DNA of 33,901 nt from Candidatus Bathyarchaeia archaeon (GCA_049512935.1 JBEKWR010000021.1:1-33901), one strand, 5' to 3'. Shown: positions 16,742 through 26,999, counted from the first letter of the stretch. The notes: generated from the letters alone by a model not told the origin. Translations and numbers: made by a program.

Positions 16742-18589
16742 TTATTGTCTGAACCGTTTGCGGTACAGTATGAAGCCGCCTACCAGAGCAACGGCAAGCA
16801 CGATTACCCAAAGCCACCATTGCATCCACCACGGCGAAGTTTGCTGCGCAACATAGTTGCTAATCACGAGGTCTTCGATTTCTGTATGCGAGTCGTGCCC
16901 GATGTATATGTCGGTCGGATTCTGCACGGGTCCTGACGGGTCAGTTGTTCCAGCGGCAACCGTTACGTTTTGTTCCACACCGTTAACGTAAATGTGCATT
17001 CCCGTGGCTGTGCTTCGCGTGAAGACAACGTGAACCCAAGTGTCGTTAGGAAGAGCCGATGTAGTGTCAATCTCGTTGAAGCCGCTCGGCGTTAAAACGT
17101 AGCCGCGCAGCGCCCCAAGAGGTGGAGAACTCGCGTTTTCAGGCGCTTGACCGTTGACGGCGAGCCCAAGCGTCCTCGTCGGCAGGCTGGCGGTGGTCCT
17201 TACGGCTTCGATGAAGATGTTGTTGTAGACCACGTCTTTGATTGCCTGAACGTTTACCCAAGCGTCAATGGTTACGTCGTTAGGGGTTAAGATGCTGAGC
17301 GAAGGATGCACCATTCCATACGCGTTTCCAGTGAAGTTCAATGCCGAACCGAACTTGCCTGGAACAAGCGCCGGCGTGTAGTTGTAGACGGCTGTTACCG
17401 ATCCTAAGATTGCAGGGTTGTTGCCTGTTTCGTCAGGCGTCACAAGGCTGGCTTCAACCGTGTCAAGAGGCCATGAAGCGACGATGCTGTTCGGCGTTTC
17501 GGTCGGAGTTGAGATGGCGTTTGGAGGGTTGCTCAAGTTCGGCGTTTTGTAGGGGGACATGAAAGGGTAATTATCCGTGTTGTTGACGTTAATCACGTAG
17601 GGCGTGTTTCCGATTCCAGTTAAGCCAACCTCTGCCGCGTCAGGGTATCGCGAAGTGTAGTCGCTCCAGTAGTTTCCGCCTGACTGAGCCCCGTTATCCC
17701 AGTACTCCACCAGGCCTGCGGAGTTATCGTAGGCGTTGTAGCGGTTATTTTCGAGGTTGTTTTGGTAAATTCTGCTGCCCAGCGGCGCGGTCAACTGCAA
17801 CGTGACGTAAACGCCGTACTCGTTGTTTGTGATGTTGTTCGCTGAGATGATGTCCTGGGAACCAGCCAGGAAGACGCCTGATTCAGTGTTAGATTGAATG
17901 TTGTTGCCGTAGAGCACAGAGTAAGAGGTTCCTAACCCGACCCCTCGGTAGTTGCCTTGAAGGTTATTTTGTGATATCGTGTTTGAATAGCCGTCCATTT
18001 CGATGCCTGACGCGGCGTTATCGACAATGTCATTGCCCGAAATAGTGTTTAGGGAGCCGCCGTAAAAGACGATGCCGTTTTTGTGGTTTGATTCCACGGT
18101 GTTCTGTGTGATGGTTGTTGAGGATTGAATTGAGCAAAATATTCCTGTGTAAGTGTTTTCGACGATGTTGCCTGTTATTTTACAGTTGTTTCCTTCAATC
18201 CAGATGCCGTAAGCATAATAGGTGGCGGTTGAGTAGTTGAGGCTTTCAATGGTTAAACCTGACACTACAATGTTGTCTGCCGCCAAAGTGAGGACTGCTG
18301 TTGGACTCGAGCGGCCTTTCCCAATTATCACCGTGTTTGCGCTGTTCTGCCCTTCAATCGTTAACGACTTTGTGATCAAGACGTTTTCATCGTAAACGCC
18401 GCTTTTGACAAATATGGTGTCGCCCGGTGAAGCTTGGTTAACGGCTGCGGTTATGGTCGGGTACTGGTCGGGAACAATCAACGTCTTAATCGCCATTGTT
18501 CCCTGGATATTGACCATTCCTGCAACGGCGGCTAAAACCGCGATTAGCACCAATCCTTTAACGCGTTCCTCGTTCACGTGTCCCACCAC
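16742..18589 (-). CDS. Surface protein: NosD/CASH right-handed beta-helix + LamG-like domain + C-terminal TM
   Basis: IVPDQYPTITAAV...GDTIFV..GVY start, N-x-I-x-x-N repeats, GGNYWSDY, 'VTIDAWV...DTWVHVVFT...IYVNG'; terminal TM. Confidence 0.85.
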   Translation of the reverse strand: MVGHVNEERVKGLVLIAVLAAVAGMVNIQGTMAIKTLIVPDQYPTITAAVNQASPGDTIFVKSGVYDENVLITKSLTIEGQNSANTVIIGKGRSSPTAVLTLAADNIVVSGLTIESLNYSTATYYAYGIWIEGNNCKITGNIVENTYTGIFCSIQSSTTITQNTVESNHKNGIVFYGGSLNTISGNDIVDNAASGIEMDGYSNTISQNNLQGNYRGVGLGTSYSVLYGNNIQSNTESGVFLAGSQDIISANNITNNEYGVYVTLQLTAPLGSRIYQNNLENNRYNAYDNSAGLVEYWDNGAQSGGNYWSDYTSRYPDAAEVGLTGIGNTPYVINVNNTDNYPFMSPYKTPNLSNPPNAISTPTETPNSIVASWPLDTVEASLVTPDETGNNPAILGSVTAVYNYTPALVPGKFGSALNFTGNAYGMVHPSLSILTPNDVTIDAWVNVQAIKDVVYNNIFIEAVRTTASLPTRTLGLAVNGQAPENASSPPLGALRGYVLTPSGFNEIDTTSALPNDTWVHVVFTRSTATGMHIYVNGVEQNVTVAAGTTDPSGPVQNPTDIYIGHDSHTEIEDLVISNYVAQQTSPWWMQWWLWVIVLAVALVGGFILYRKRFRQ

Positions 18590-18763
18590 TCACTTTTGAG
18601 GTATATACGCCGCAAAGTAGCTTATTACTCTCCCTAAAGAACACACTGTTCCGCGACAAGAACGCCGCCTTTGCTTTTCTCTAGCTGGTATGATTTTGTT
18701 CTCTTTTCGGTTAAGGCGGCTGCTAAATCCGTTTGAAATCAAAGTTTTCCTCGGTTACCTAAT

Positions 18764-19966
18764 TCAGCGGCGAAAGAGTCTTCTTATGACGGCGACGATG
18801 AATTGTCCGTGAACCGTTTTCACCAGGTTAAAGTGAACCTTCACTGTCATCTCTGCGCCGCCCTTTTGGAGGTGAATCATTTCAAGACTTGCACTGCCTT
18901 TCTCCATTACGTTTCGCATAAGTCCATCTAAGGCTGGCTCGTCCTTAGGCGGCAAGAGCACGCGAACATTCATGTTGAGAAACTCATCAAGGCCGTACCC
19001 GTACACTTCAGTTGCAGCGCGGTTAGCATACACAAAATCGCATTTGGTGTTGATCAGGAAAATTGCTTCGTTCGCGTTGTCCAGAATAGTCGCCCTCAGC
19101 TTCAGCCCTTCCTCCGTTTTTTGTGCCTCTTGAATCTTTCTTGTGAGCTCTTCATTCGTCTTCGCGCATTCAGCCGTGCGCTGCGCCACCACTTGCTCAA
19201 GCCGGGACCTGTACCCCGTCAGTTCCGCCTCGATTGCCTTGTTTTTCGTGATGTCTACGGATAGAATTAAGACTCCTGCTGGAACTGGCTCCATGTAAAG
19301 TTCAAACCAGGCTTTGGAGCCGTCGGGAAACGTGAACTCGTTTTCCATCTTGTGTGGAACACGGTTTGTCATGCAGTTTCTTAGGTTGCTAAACATCTCT
19401 GTCTTGTCAATATTAGGGTAAACTTGCATCATTGTGTAACCTATCAGTTCCTCCTTTCTTTTTCGCCCTTGCTTGGCTGCCGCCGCGTTAACGTAGACAT
19501 AGCGCCAGTCAAAATCGATGATTTGGCATCCTTCAATCATGGAGTCTAACGAAATTTGAAGTTGATTCTCAACCTCTTTGGACGCTTTTTCTTTTCTTCT
19601 GCGCTCCGTCACTTCGTCTCCAGAACTGAGGACGCCCACGGTTTTTCCTTGGTCGTCGCTGACGAGAATGTTGTGAAAATTGAATGTTCGCACTTCACCG
19701 CGCCTCGTAATAAGCGAGTATTCACTGTGCACGTGCCGAAGGGAACCGTTAAGCATTTCATGGAAAAGACGTTTAGCCGCATCTCTTTCTTTTTCAACAA
19801 CGAACTCGTCAAACCAGTTTTTACCTTCAACCTCCAGTTTTGAACAACCCAGGATATCGGACGCCCTCGCGTTTATGTCAGCGACTAACTCGTCACTACC
19901 AACCGCAATCATAAAGACGTCTGCTCGGTCAAAGAAAATTTGAGAATTTCTATTTTGTTTCTCCAT
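18764..19966 (-). CDS. Protein with three PAS domains and a coiled coil, no output domain
   Basis: Three PAS starts (DINARASDILG, YVNAAAAKQ, YANRAATEVYG), DVTERRR/DITKNK linkers, LEQVVAQRTAE helix. Ends without a kinase domain. Confidence 0.88.
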   Translation of the reverse strand: MEKQNRNSQIFFDRADVFMIAVGSDELVADINARASDILGCSKLEVEGKNWFDEFVVEKERDAAKRLFHEMLNGSLRHVHSEYSLITRRGEVRTFNFHNILVSDDQGKTVGVLSSGDEVTERRRKEKASKEVENQLQISLDSMIEGCQIIDFDWRYVYVNAAAAKQGRKRKEELIGYTMMQVYPNIDKTEMFSNLRNCMTNRVPHKMENEFTFPDGSKAWFELYMEPVPAGVLILSVDITKNKAIEAELTGYRSRLEQVVAQRTAECAKTNEELTRKIQEAQKTEEGLKLRATILDNANEAIFLINTKCDFVYANRAATEVYGYGLDEFLNMNVRVLLPPKDEPALDGLMRNVMEKGSASLEMIHLQKGGAEMTVKVHFNLVKTVHGQFIVAVIRRLFRR

Positions 19967-22139
19967 TGTCGTTTCCCCCAGCTAAATTGTTGTTTGATGC
20001 TTGCTGCCCGGCGGCAGGCAAATACATTTGCTCGTTATACTCCATCATCATTCGGCAGGCGTTGAAGGCAGGCGTAACCGTTTTTACGGCTTCTTTAACG
20101 ATCTGCATCCACCTGCGCGGGATACCTTTGCGGTCGCGGTCATAATAGAGCGGCACGATTTCGTTTTCCAACTGATTGTACAGTGATTCAATGTCTTTTC
20201 TGTCTTCTTCTTCAGGTCCGCCCGCGGCTAAATCGCCGATTGCCCACCCGTTTTTGCCGTTGTACGCCTCATCCCACCAGCCGTCCCGCACGCTGAAGTT
20301 GATTACGCCGTTCATCGAAGCCTTCATTCCGCTGGTTCCGCATGCTTCCTGCAGCCTTCTCGGGTTGTTAAGCCAAATGTCGACGCCGCGCACCAGTTCA
20401 CGAGCAACATTAAGATCGTAGTCTTCAACGAAAGCAATCCGTCCTTGAAACCCTTTGTCCAACGCTGCGTTGTACACAACCTTCAAAAGCTGTTTTGACT
20501 CGTAGTCGGCGGGATGCGATTTGCCTGCGAAGATCAACTGCACGGGTCTCTCTGCGTTGGTTATGAGGCGTTTTAGCCGTTCAGCATCCGACAGAATCAA
20601 GTAGGGTCTCTTGTACTGGGTGAATCGGCGGGCGAAAGCTATTGTTAACGCGTAAGGATCCAGCAGTGAGCCCATGGCGATCACTTGCTGTGTCGTCACT
20701 TGATCTTGCGTCCAACGTTGCTGCGCCCTATCCTGGATGGAGGTTATCAGCCTTGTTTTCAGTGTTTGACGAATTTGCCATAGTTCTTCGTCTGGTACGT
20801 CGCTTAGGCACTTCCAGTACTCCTGGTTATCTTGTTCCTGAACCCATTTGGAATTAAGGTATTTTTGGCAGAGTGCAGTGATTTCGGGCGCTTGCCAACT
20901 GGGCAGGTGCACGCCGTTAGTTACGGATTTAATCGGCACGTCGTTTTCTTTTTTGTCTGGCCAAAGGCTACGCCACATGCGCCTAGTTACTTTTCCATGC
21001 AGCTTGGACACGGCATTGGCTTGACCAGCTAAACGCAACGCGAAAGCCGTAAGGTTGAATTTCTCAGGTCCTGACTCCTCGGATTGACCAAGCCTGAGGA
21101 AAAGGTCCCTGTTGATTCCCAGCGCTTCCCAAAGACCTCGGGCGTAACGGTCCAGCAACTGAAAAGTGAATACATGATGACCCGCCGCAACTGGCGTGTG
21201 AGTGGTGAAAACTGTGCATCTGCGAACGCTTTCTATGGCTTCGTCTAAGGATGCGCCGTTAGCCCGCTCTAGCCGCAAGCGCTCAAGCATCATGAAGGCA
21301 GTGTGGTCTTCGTTAGCATGCCAGACAACGGGTTCAATGTGGAGCTCCCTTAGCGCCCGCACGCCGCCGACGCCTAGAACGATGAGTTGGCGAAGCCGTT
21401 CTTCCTGGTCAGCCGTGTACAGACGCGCTGAAAGCATCCTGTCTTCAGGCTTGTTTTCATCTACGTTTGTATCCATCAGGTACAGGTTCACGCGTCCGAC
21501 GTGTGCTTCCCAAACTTTAACGTAAACCACGTGTTCGGCAAGCTGAACTGGGATAAGTGGACCGCACCCGTAAGGCCAAGCGCAAGGCGTAATCGGTGCG
21601 TCAGCGAAGTTTAGCTGCGTGTAATCTTCCTGCTGTATGCCTTCAGGGGACATCCGCTGGCGAAAGTAGCCTTGGGGATACATGAACCCGACTGCCACCA
21701 TGGGCAAACCGCGGTCTGACGACTCCTTGCATATGTCGCCAGCTAGCACGCCTAAGCCGCCTGCGTAGATCGGCAGCGAATTGTGAATGGCGTATTCAGC
21801 TGAGAAATAGGCGATTTGCCCGCTTGGTTTTTCCAGGCTTGTGTTGGTGCACCACTCGTGGCCTTTGGTCATTTCCTCGTCGAACTTTGCCATTACAGTG
21901 TCGTAAAGCTCCAGAAAAGCGGGGTCTCTGCTTGCCTCCTCCAGCTTTTCGTCGCTTATGCTTCGGAGCTGTTTAACAGGGTTGTGCCCGTTGGTTCTCC
22001 AAAGCGCGTAGTCGAGTGAGCGGAAAACCTGCCGTCCTTCCTCATGCCAGCTCCACCAAAGGTTGTTGGCAAGCTCAAAAAGCCTGCTGATCCGTGCGGG
22101 AAGATTGGGCGGTTGGTTTCCTTCGTACTCTGAACTCAT
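19950..22139 (-). CDS. glgP: Alpha-glucan (glycogen/maltodextrin) phosphorylase, GT35
   Basis: NLWWSW, AYFSAEY...YAGGLGVLAGD, FARRFTQYKR, EACGTSGMKA PLP-lysine motif. Confidence 0.96.
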   Translation of the reverse strand: MSSEYEGNQPPNLPARISRLFELANNLWWSWHEEGRQVFRSLDYALWRTNGHNPVKQLRSISDEKLEEASRDPAFLELYDTVMAKFDEEMTKGHEWCTNTSLEKPSGQIAYFSAEYAIHNSLPIYAGGLGVLAGDICKESSDRGLPMVAVGFMYPQGYFRQRMSPEGIQQEDYTQLNFADAPITPCAWPYGCGPLIPVQLAEHVVYVKVWEAHVGRVNLYLMDTNVDENKPEDRMLSARLYTADQEERLRQLIVLGVGGVRALRELHIEPVVWHANEDHTAFMMLERLRLERANGASLDEAIESVRRCTVFTTHTPVAAGHHVFTFQLLDRYARGLWEALGINRDLFLRLGQSEESGPEKFNLTAFALRLAGQANAVSKLHGKVTRRMWRSLWPDKKENDVPIKSVTNGVHLPSWQAPEITALCQKYLNSKWVQEQDNQEYWKCLSDVPDEELWQIRQTLKTRLITSIQDRAQQRWTQDQVTTQQVIAMGSLLDPYALTIAFARRFTQYKRPYLILSDAERLKRLITNAERPVQLIFAGKSHPADYESKQLLKVVYNAALDKGFQGRIAFVEDYDLNVARELVRGVDIWLNNPRRLQEACGTSGMKASMNGVINFSVRDGWWDEAYNGKNGWAIGDLAAGGPEEEDRKDIESLYNQLENEIVPLYYDRDRKGIPRRWMQIVKEAVKTVTPAFNACRMMMEYNEQMYLPAAGQQASNNNLAGGNDNGETK

Positions 22140-22258
22140 TTTTTCTATGCATCCTATGATGAAAGAACCGAAAATGGCTTGATCAAAGACGCTTCTGCGT
22201 TCAATGTTTACTATTTCGTCGGATGGTTATAAATTTGCTTCTAAGCCCAGTTGAGTCT

Positions 22259-22683
22259 AAGTTGCGGCTTTCCGCTTTGGTGCGACCCATATTTACAATG
22301 GAATTTTGATGTAAATAGTAGACCCCCTCCCCCTCCCTGTCGGGTAGGTCAGGGCTTGTTTCATGTTGGTTTCTTGGTTTAGAGCCTAAATCAAGCTCAA
22401 AAGATTTCATTTTTCCGTGAAGAAAACAGAAAACTAGCCGAAAAACAGGTATAAATCCATTGATACCTGAATCCAGACGCCCTATCAAACGGCAACTCGC
22501 TTCAGGCAGCGCTTGTTTCAAGGAGCTTTTTACGTTTAGGGTTTGAAGCTTGTTGCGTGTTGCGACTTTGATAGGGGCGGATTGCGACTTTCAATGTTGA
22601 CTCAATGTTGACGTTATTGTTGGTTACGGGCGCGGCGGTTTTCTCGGCGCCAGGCTCGGTTTTGCCTGGTTTTCGGTTTTCAA
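22259..22683. repeat. Dispersed repeat copy B (composite: tail + module X + module Y)
   Basis: Contains homologs of both 1201-1439 and rc of 12718-12916. GTTGCGACTTT-type motifs at 22261, 22559 and 22581; tandem TCAATGTTGAC x2 at 22591-22612. Confidence 0.9.
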
Positions 22684-22949
22684 GGGTTAACTCAATAGCA
22701 TTAATAGAACTTGGTGGGTTGCAAGAAATGATAGTTGAGAAACTGTATGTGCAGTAATCGAACGTGTAAAGATCCTAACAGAGGCGTGTCAAGCGGGTAT
22801 AAGCCATGCCCCATTTGCAAAGGCTGGGGGTTGTAGTCTTTTTAGAATTCTGGGTATAGCCAATTGGTCTTGTTCCTGAGGAAGATTTAGAGAAGGGCGA
22901 GGAAATTCAATCATAGCATTTTATGGTAATCTAACGCGAGTAAAATGTC

Positions 22950-25565
22950 TTATACAATGTAATCGCAGTTTGAACAATGGTACCTATTGTCTTTTCGGTA
23001 CCTAAATCCATTATGACAACTGTTACATTCTTGTGCCTCATATTCGCATAAAGGATAGTTACTGCATCTGTAAAAGAATCCATACGAATAAGGTCGCTTA
23101 ATCATTTTACCAATTTCGCAATTGGGACAAAGCATAGATTGATTATTGCTAGATTTAATGTTGACCTTATACTCTTCATTTTCAATCTCTTTAATAAATT
23201 CTGAAATATCAAATTCATCTTCAACAACCAAATAAACATGTTTTTTCGCCCGAGTTGTGGCGACGTAAAAAAGTCTCCTTTCTTCAGCATATGGATACGG
23301 TTTGTCTTCCTTCGTCGATACTAAGTCTAGTATTGGGTCATCTTCAATCTTGTTTGGAAAGCCGTGTTTTCCGCCTTTCAGACCTACAATTATAACGTAG
23401 TCCCTTTGAAGCCCTTTTGACCTATGAATTGTCATATAATCAATTTTCAGTTTTCGATGTGCTGTTTGCAATTTTTTCAGTTCGATAGGCTTTAATTTTT
23501 TGTATCGTCCTAGAATTAAGATTTCGTCGCCTTCTCGCTTTTTCTCAATTTTAGAGAGAATATCATCTAACCCATTTGAACCCTCATTTCTTATTACAGA
23601 AACTGCAGGAGTGCCTTTATTGTCGCCCATTATACTGGTTATCTTTTTGGGGATTTGGTTTGTATTTTTCAATATGAATTTGGTGGTAAAATCGCATAAT
23701 GACTGGTCGAACCTAAATGTCTGTGTAAGATAGCAACAGTCTCCACTGAATTCAAAGTTGTTTGAAAATTTGAGCAAAATCGAAACGTCTGCTCCACTGT
23801 AACTATAAATTGATTGCCAATCATCACCCACACAAAAGATTTTACAGTTGCTTTTGTCTTGTAATGTTTTTATAAGCCTGTATTGATTTTGGGATATGTC
23901 TTGGAATTCATCGACTAGTATGTATTTGAATTTTGGCAGATACTTTCCTTCTTCAGTCAAAGTAATAGCTTCATTTATCATGTCGTTGAAGTCACGTTGT
24001 TTTGGTGTGAAGGCGTTAAGATATTCAGAATAGTCTTGCAAAACATAGGAAAATATATCCAGAAAAACCATAGCTCTTTTGTCCTTAGGGCTGAGTCTAT
24101 TTCTGAGGTCTGTAATTTTTTCGCCAGTCGATTTGTACAAATTGAGAAATTTTGATAATAAATAAGAGAGCGGTGCAACCCTACCTTTCTCAATTAGTTT
24201 TTGAAAAATCATTTCATTTGGGATAGGATTAAATTCTACCCCTTTCTCAAGCAGTTTTTCCTTTAAGACTTTTAAAAGAATCCCTTTCTTTTTCTGATAA
24301 CTATAGGTTTCAATTAGAGTGGTTCCATGTCTCTTATGAGTGTCCCGCTTTTCTAGCATTTGGGTCCAATATTCGTCTGGGTCTTTGTAAATTCGCGAAG
24401 GTGTATGATTTTCACCAATTCCAAAATGTTCGATGTATAATTTGTATTTCGGAAGATAAAAGTCGGGGTGATAAGATTTATAGTCAGGTGTGCCTGTTTC
24501 GGCTTGGTATAGCGGTTCGTATTCATAATCAATTCCGTTTAAGAACAGGAAATTGGCGATTTCACATTCCTCACAACTTTTGAGTTTCTTACCATCAAGT
24601 GTGCGAGGCTCGTATTCTCGCATAAATTCAATGTATTCGTCCATTGATTTGAAATCGAAAAGGCTCCTGTAATTAACTTCTAATTCTTTCAGAAAGTAAT
24701 CCTTAATTTTTTCTTGAAAATTCTTGTCTTTAGCTCTTTGCGCTATGAAATCTGAGATCTTTTTTCTGAAGGCTATTTTATCTTTCGCAAGTTCAGAGAC
24801 TGTATAAGAGTCTACGTCTCCACATTCAAGAGCAATGTGTCTTCCAAGACCGTGAATTGTTCTTACGTTTTCACTATATCTTTCACCGACACGCTCTTTA
24901 ATTGTATCTTTCACTTCAACTCCATATGCAAGGCAAAGAATCTCCTCGGGTTTAATTCCTTTCTTATTGAGGTAGGCAGCTTTTCCAGCAATTGTTGTAG
25001 TTTTTCCTGAGCCCGCTCCTGCAATTACAAGTTCAGCATATTCGTCGGTTATTATTGCGCGTCTTTGTTCGTCAGTTAGAGGAAAATCGCCGAAATTGTC
25101 AAAAAAATCTTTATACTTTTCTAGCTCTTTCTTGATAAACTCATTGTTGCGTGTCTCGATAATTTGGTCACCATTTTTAAAAATTACTTCAAGATATTCA
25201 ATAGTTTTTGGCTCTATGCGAAATGAAATAAGTGCTCTGAATTCATCTAATAATGAAGCTATTGGAAACCATGTGGCTATGTAAGAAGATAGTTCTTTTT
25301 TGCTGACAAAAGATTCTCTCTTAATCAAGAGGTCAAAATCTTTTTCTGCGTCTAATACCAGTTTGCCAAGCCGAATAAGAAGAGAATCACGAATTGTTTC
25401 CTCTTTTACTATTTCTTCATCTAAATCTTTCCATATTAGAAACCCAATTAACGCAATTTTTAGCTTGTTTTTAAGTTTTCTCCTTTTCTCCAAATAGCCT
25501 AAGTTATCGTTTAATCGTCTTAGCTGACCAATGTCTTCACCAATCTGCCTCATAATGAAAATCAA
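22950..25565 (-). CDS. UvrD/helicase IV-like SF1 helicase with inserted PD-(D/E)xK-like nuclease and C-terminal Zn ribbons
   Basis: AGAGSGKT, VDEFQD, VGDDWQSIY, TIHRSKGL, EERRLFYVATTRAK. Insert 'E..IANFL...YEYE...YHPDFYL...YIEHFG'. Tail CPNC...CSNYPLC...CNSC...CSNC. Visibly AT-rich. Confidence 0.92.
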   Translation of the reverse strand: MIFIMRQIGEDIGQLRRLNDNLGYLEKRRKLKNKLKIALIGFLIWKDLDEEIVKEETIRDSLLIRLGKLVLDAEKDFDLLIKRESFVSKKELSSYIATWFPIASLLDEFRALISFRIEPKTIEYLEVIFKNGDQIIETRNNEFIKKELEKYKDFFDNFGDFPLTDEQRRAIITDEYAELVIAGAGSGKTTTIAGKAAYLNKKGIKPEEILCLAYGVEVKDTIKERVGERYSENVRTIHGLGRHIALECGDVDSYTVSELAKDKIAFRKKISDFIAQRAKDKNFQEKIKDYFLKELEVNYRSLFDFKSMDEYIEFMREYEPRTLDGKKLKSCEECEIANFLFLNGIDYEYEPLYQAETGTPDYKSYHPDFYLPKYKLYIEHFGIGENHTPSRIYKDPDEYWTQMLEKRDTHKRHGTTLIETYSYQKKKGILLKVLKEKLLEKGVEFNPIPNEMIFQKLIEKGRVAPLSYLLSKFLNLYKSTGEKITDLRNRLSPKDKRAMVFLDIFSYVLQDYSEYLNAFTPKQRDFNDMINEAITLTEEGKYLPKFKYILVDEFQDISQNQYRLIKTLQDKSNCKIFCVGDDWQSIYSYSGADVSILLKFSNNFEFSGDCCYLTQTFRFDQSLCDFTTKFILKNTNQIPKKITSIMGDNKGTPAVSVIRNEGSNGLDDILSKIEKKREGDEILILGRYKKLKPIELKKLQTAHRKLKIDYMTIHRSKGLQRDYVIIVGLKGGKHGFPNKIEDDPILDLVSTKEDKPYPYAEERRLFYVATTRAKKHVYLVVEDEFDISEFIKEIENEEYKVNIKSSNNQSMLCPNCEIGKMIKRPYSYGFFYRCSNYPLCEYEAQECNSCHNGFRYRKDNRYHCSNCDYIV

Positions 25566-25809
25566 TTTATCTAAATGAGAAACTTGGTTTAAGTTTTTGC
25601 ATTGTCTTCATGGTCTAAACTGTGAGGTTTTCGCGCGTGCGTAACGTTTGGCTTTTGCGTGTCCGTTCGGCGCGCAAGCGAGAGCGCAGCGCGCTAACGC
25701 TTTGTTTTTCCTTCTCTATTTTAAAATAATAACAATTAGATTGCCTTCGTTAGTAGGCAATAATTATAATAATCAGTGACTTTGAAAGTAGCAAGGGGCA
25801 CGACTAATA

Positions 25810-26834
25810 ATGGGCGGAATTTTGGACACCCAAATTCGTTCAGGGAAAGACATCCGAGAGCTTTTAAAGTACTATATTGGTAATTCTTTAGCCCCTAATA
25901 GTCCTTCTAAAATGCAGTGTACCTATGAGGGTTCAAGGATATGGGAAATCGACTTACGCTATAGACATGGGATTTTTGTTAATTTGAACAGCGAAAGTGA
26001 GTTTCTTGATCATGTTTCCGATGCCCTCAGTTGTTGTGGTGCTTTCGATATTTCTTTAAGTATGGATTTGGAAAGCAAAAATCTGAGCGATTCGGACTGG
26101 AAGAATTGGTTTCTCGATAAGGTAGCAAGTAAAACTATGGTCGTTGACACCAATTTTGTTATTAGGCATTACTTTTCAAGCATAATAGTACCTCATTTCA
26201 GTAAAGAAGAGTTAACTAAAATGTCTCTTCAAATGCCCAGAATGGTGATTTTAGAAATTGAAAGATTGGGTAATGCGAAAGAAAATAAACATGGAAAAAA
26301 GCACACATCAGACAATAAATTAATTGAAGAAAAAGAGAAACGGATAGCGTTTTATGCTACAAAGGAAATTTACGACTTAAGAAAACTGGTGAATTATGAT
26401 TTAATTCCCATGTATGACCCATCCTCAATCGTTGAGTTCGCCGAAAGGGAAGGAAAAGGTTTGGTGATGCTTGGATAAGGAAGGAGATTCATGATATGAT
26501 TGGGCATCATCATAAGGGGTTCGATTCAGAAAAAATAGTATTATTAACTTGTGATTTAATGAATTCTATGGCAGCCGAGGCAGAAGGTCTTGCTTCTTGC
26601 TATTTTAGTAGGCTTCCGAAAAGTGAATTTAATCTGAGTGGTTATGAAGGCCAATTTTCTGATTTCTTTGTCTCAAACGCTGTTATTTTTGGCGCTGTAA
26701 ATATTGACCTATCGGCAAGTAGCGGAGAGATAATGGATTCATTTAGTGTTGAGGGTGCTTGGAATGGAAAAACAACATCCGAGTGGTACTCTGATTCTTT
26801 AAGATTAAAGTGGCGAAAAATTAGTAAAAGATAA
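25810..26834 (+). pseudogene. Large PIN-domain protein split by a 1-nt frameshift at ~26460
   Basis: ORF1 has VVDTN and ILEIER. The -1 frame from 26460 reads FGDAWIRKEIHDMIGHH... into ORF2 with LLTCD..SMAAEAEGL, completing the PIN acidic set. Confidence 0.8.
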
Positions 26835-26999
26835 GAAAGCGCAAGCAAAACTCGCCAACAAAGGATTGCTATACAGAGCAAACGGAGAGTGTTACAGCCT
26901 ACGCTGGCTTCTTTAAGTACCAAACACCGTTTAGTTCGCGCTATGTGTCGCAAGTTTTATGAGCAAATAGCAAGAATATGCGAGTAGGCGACCTGTAGA

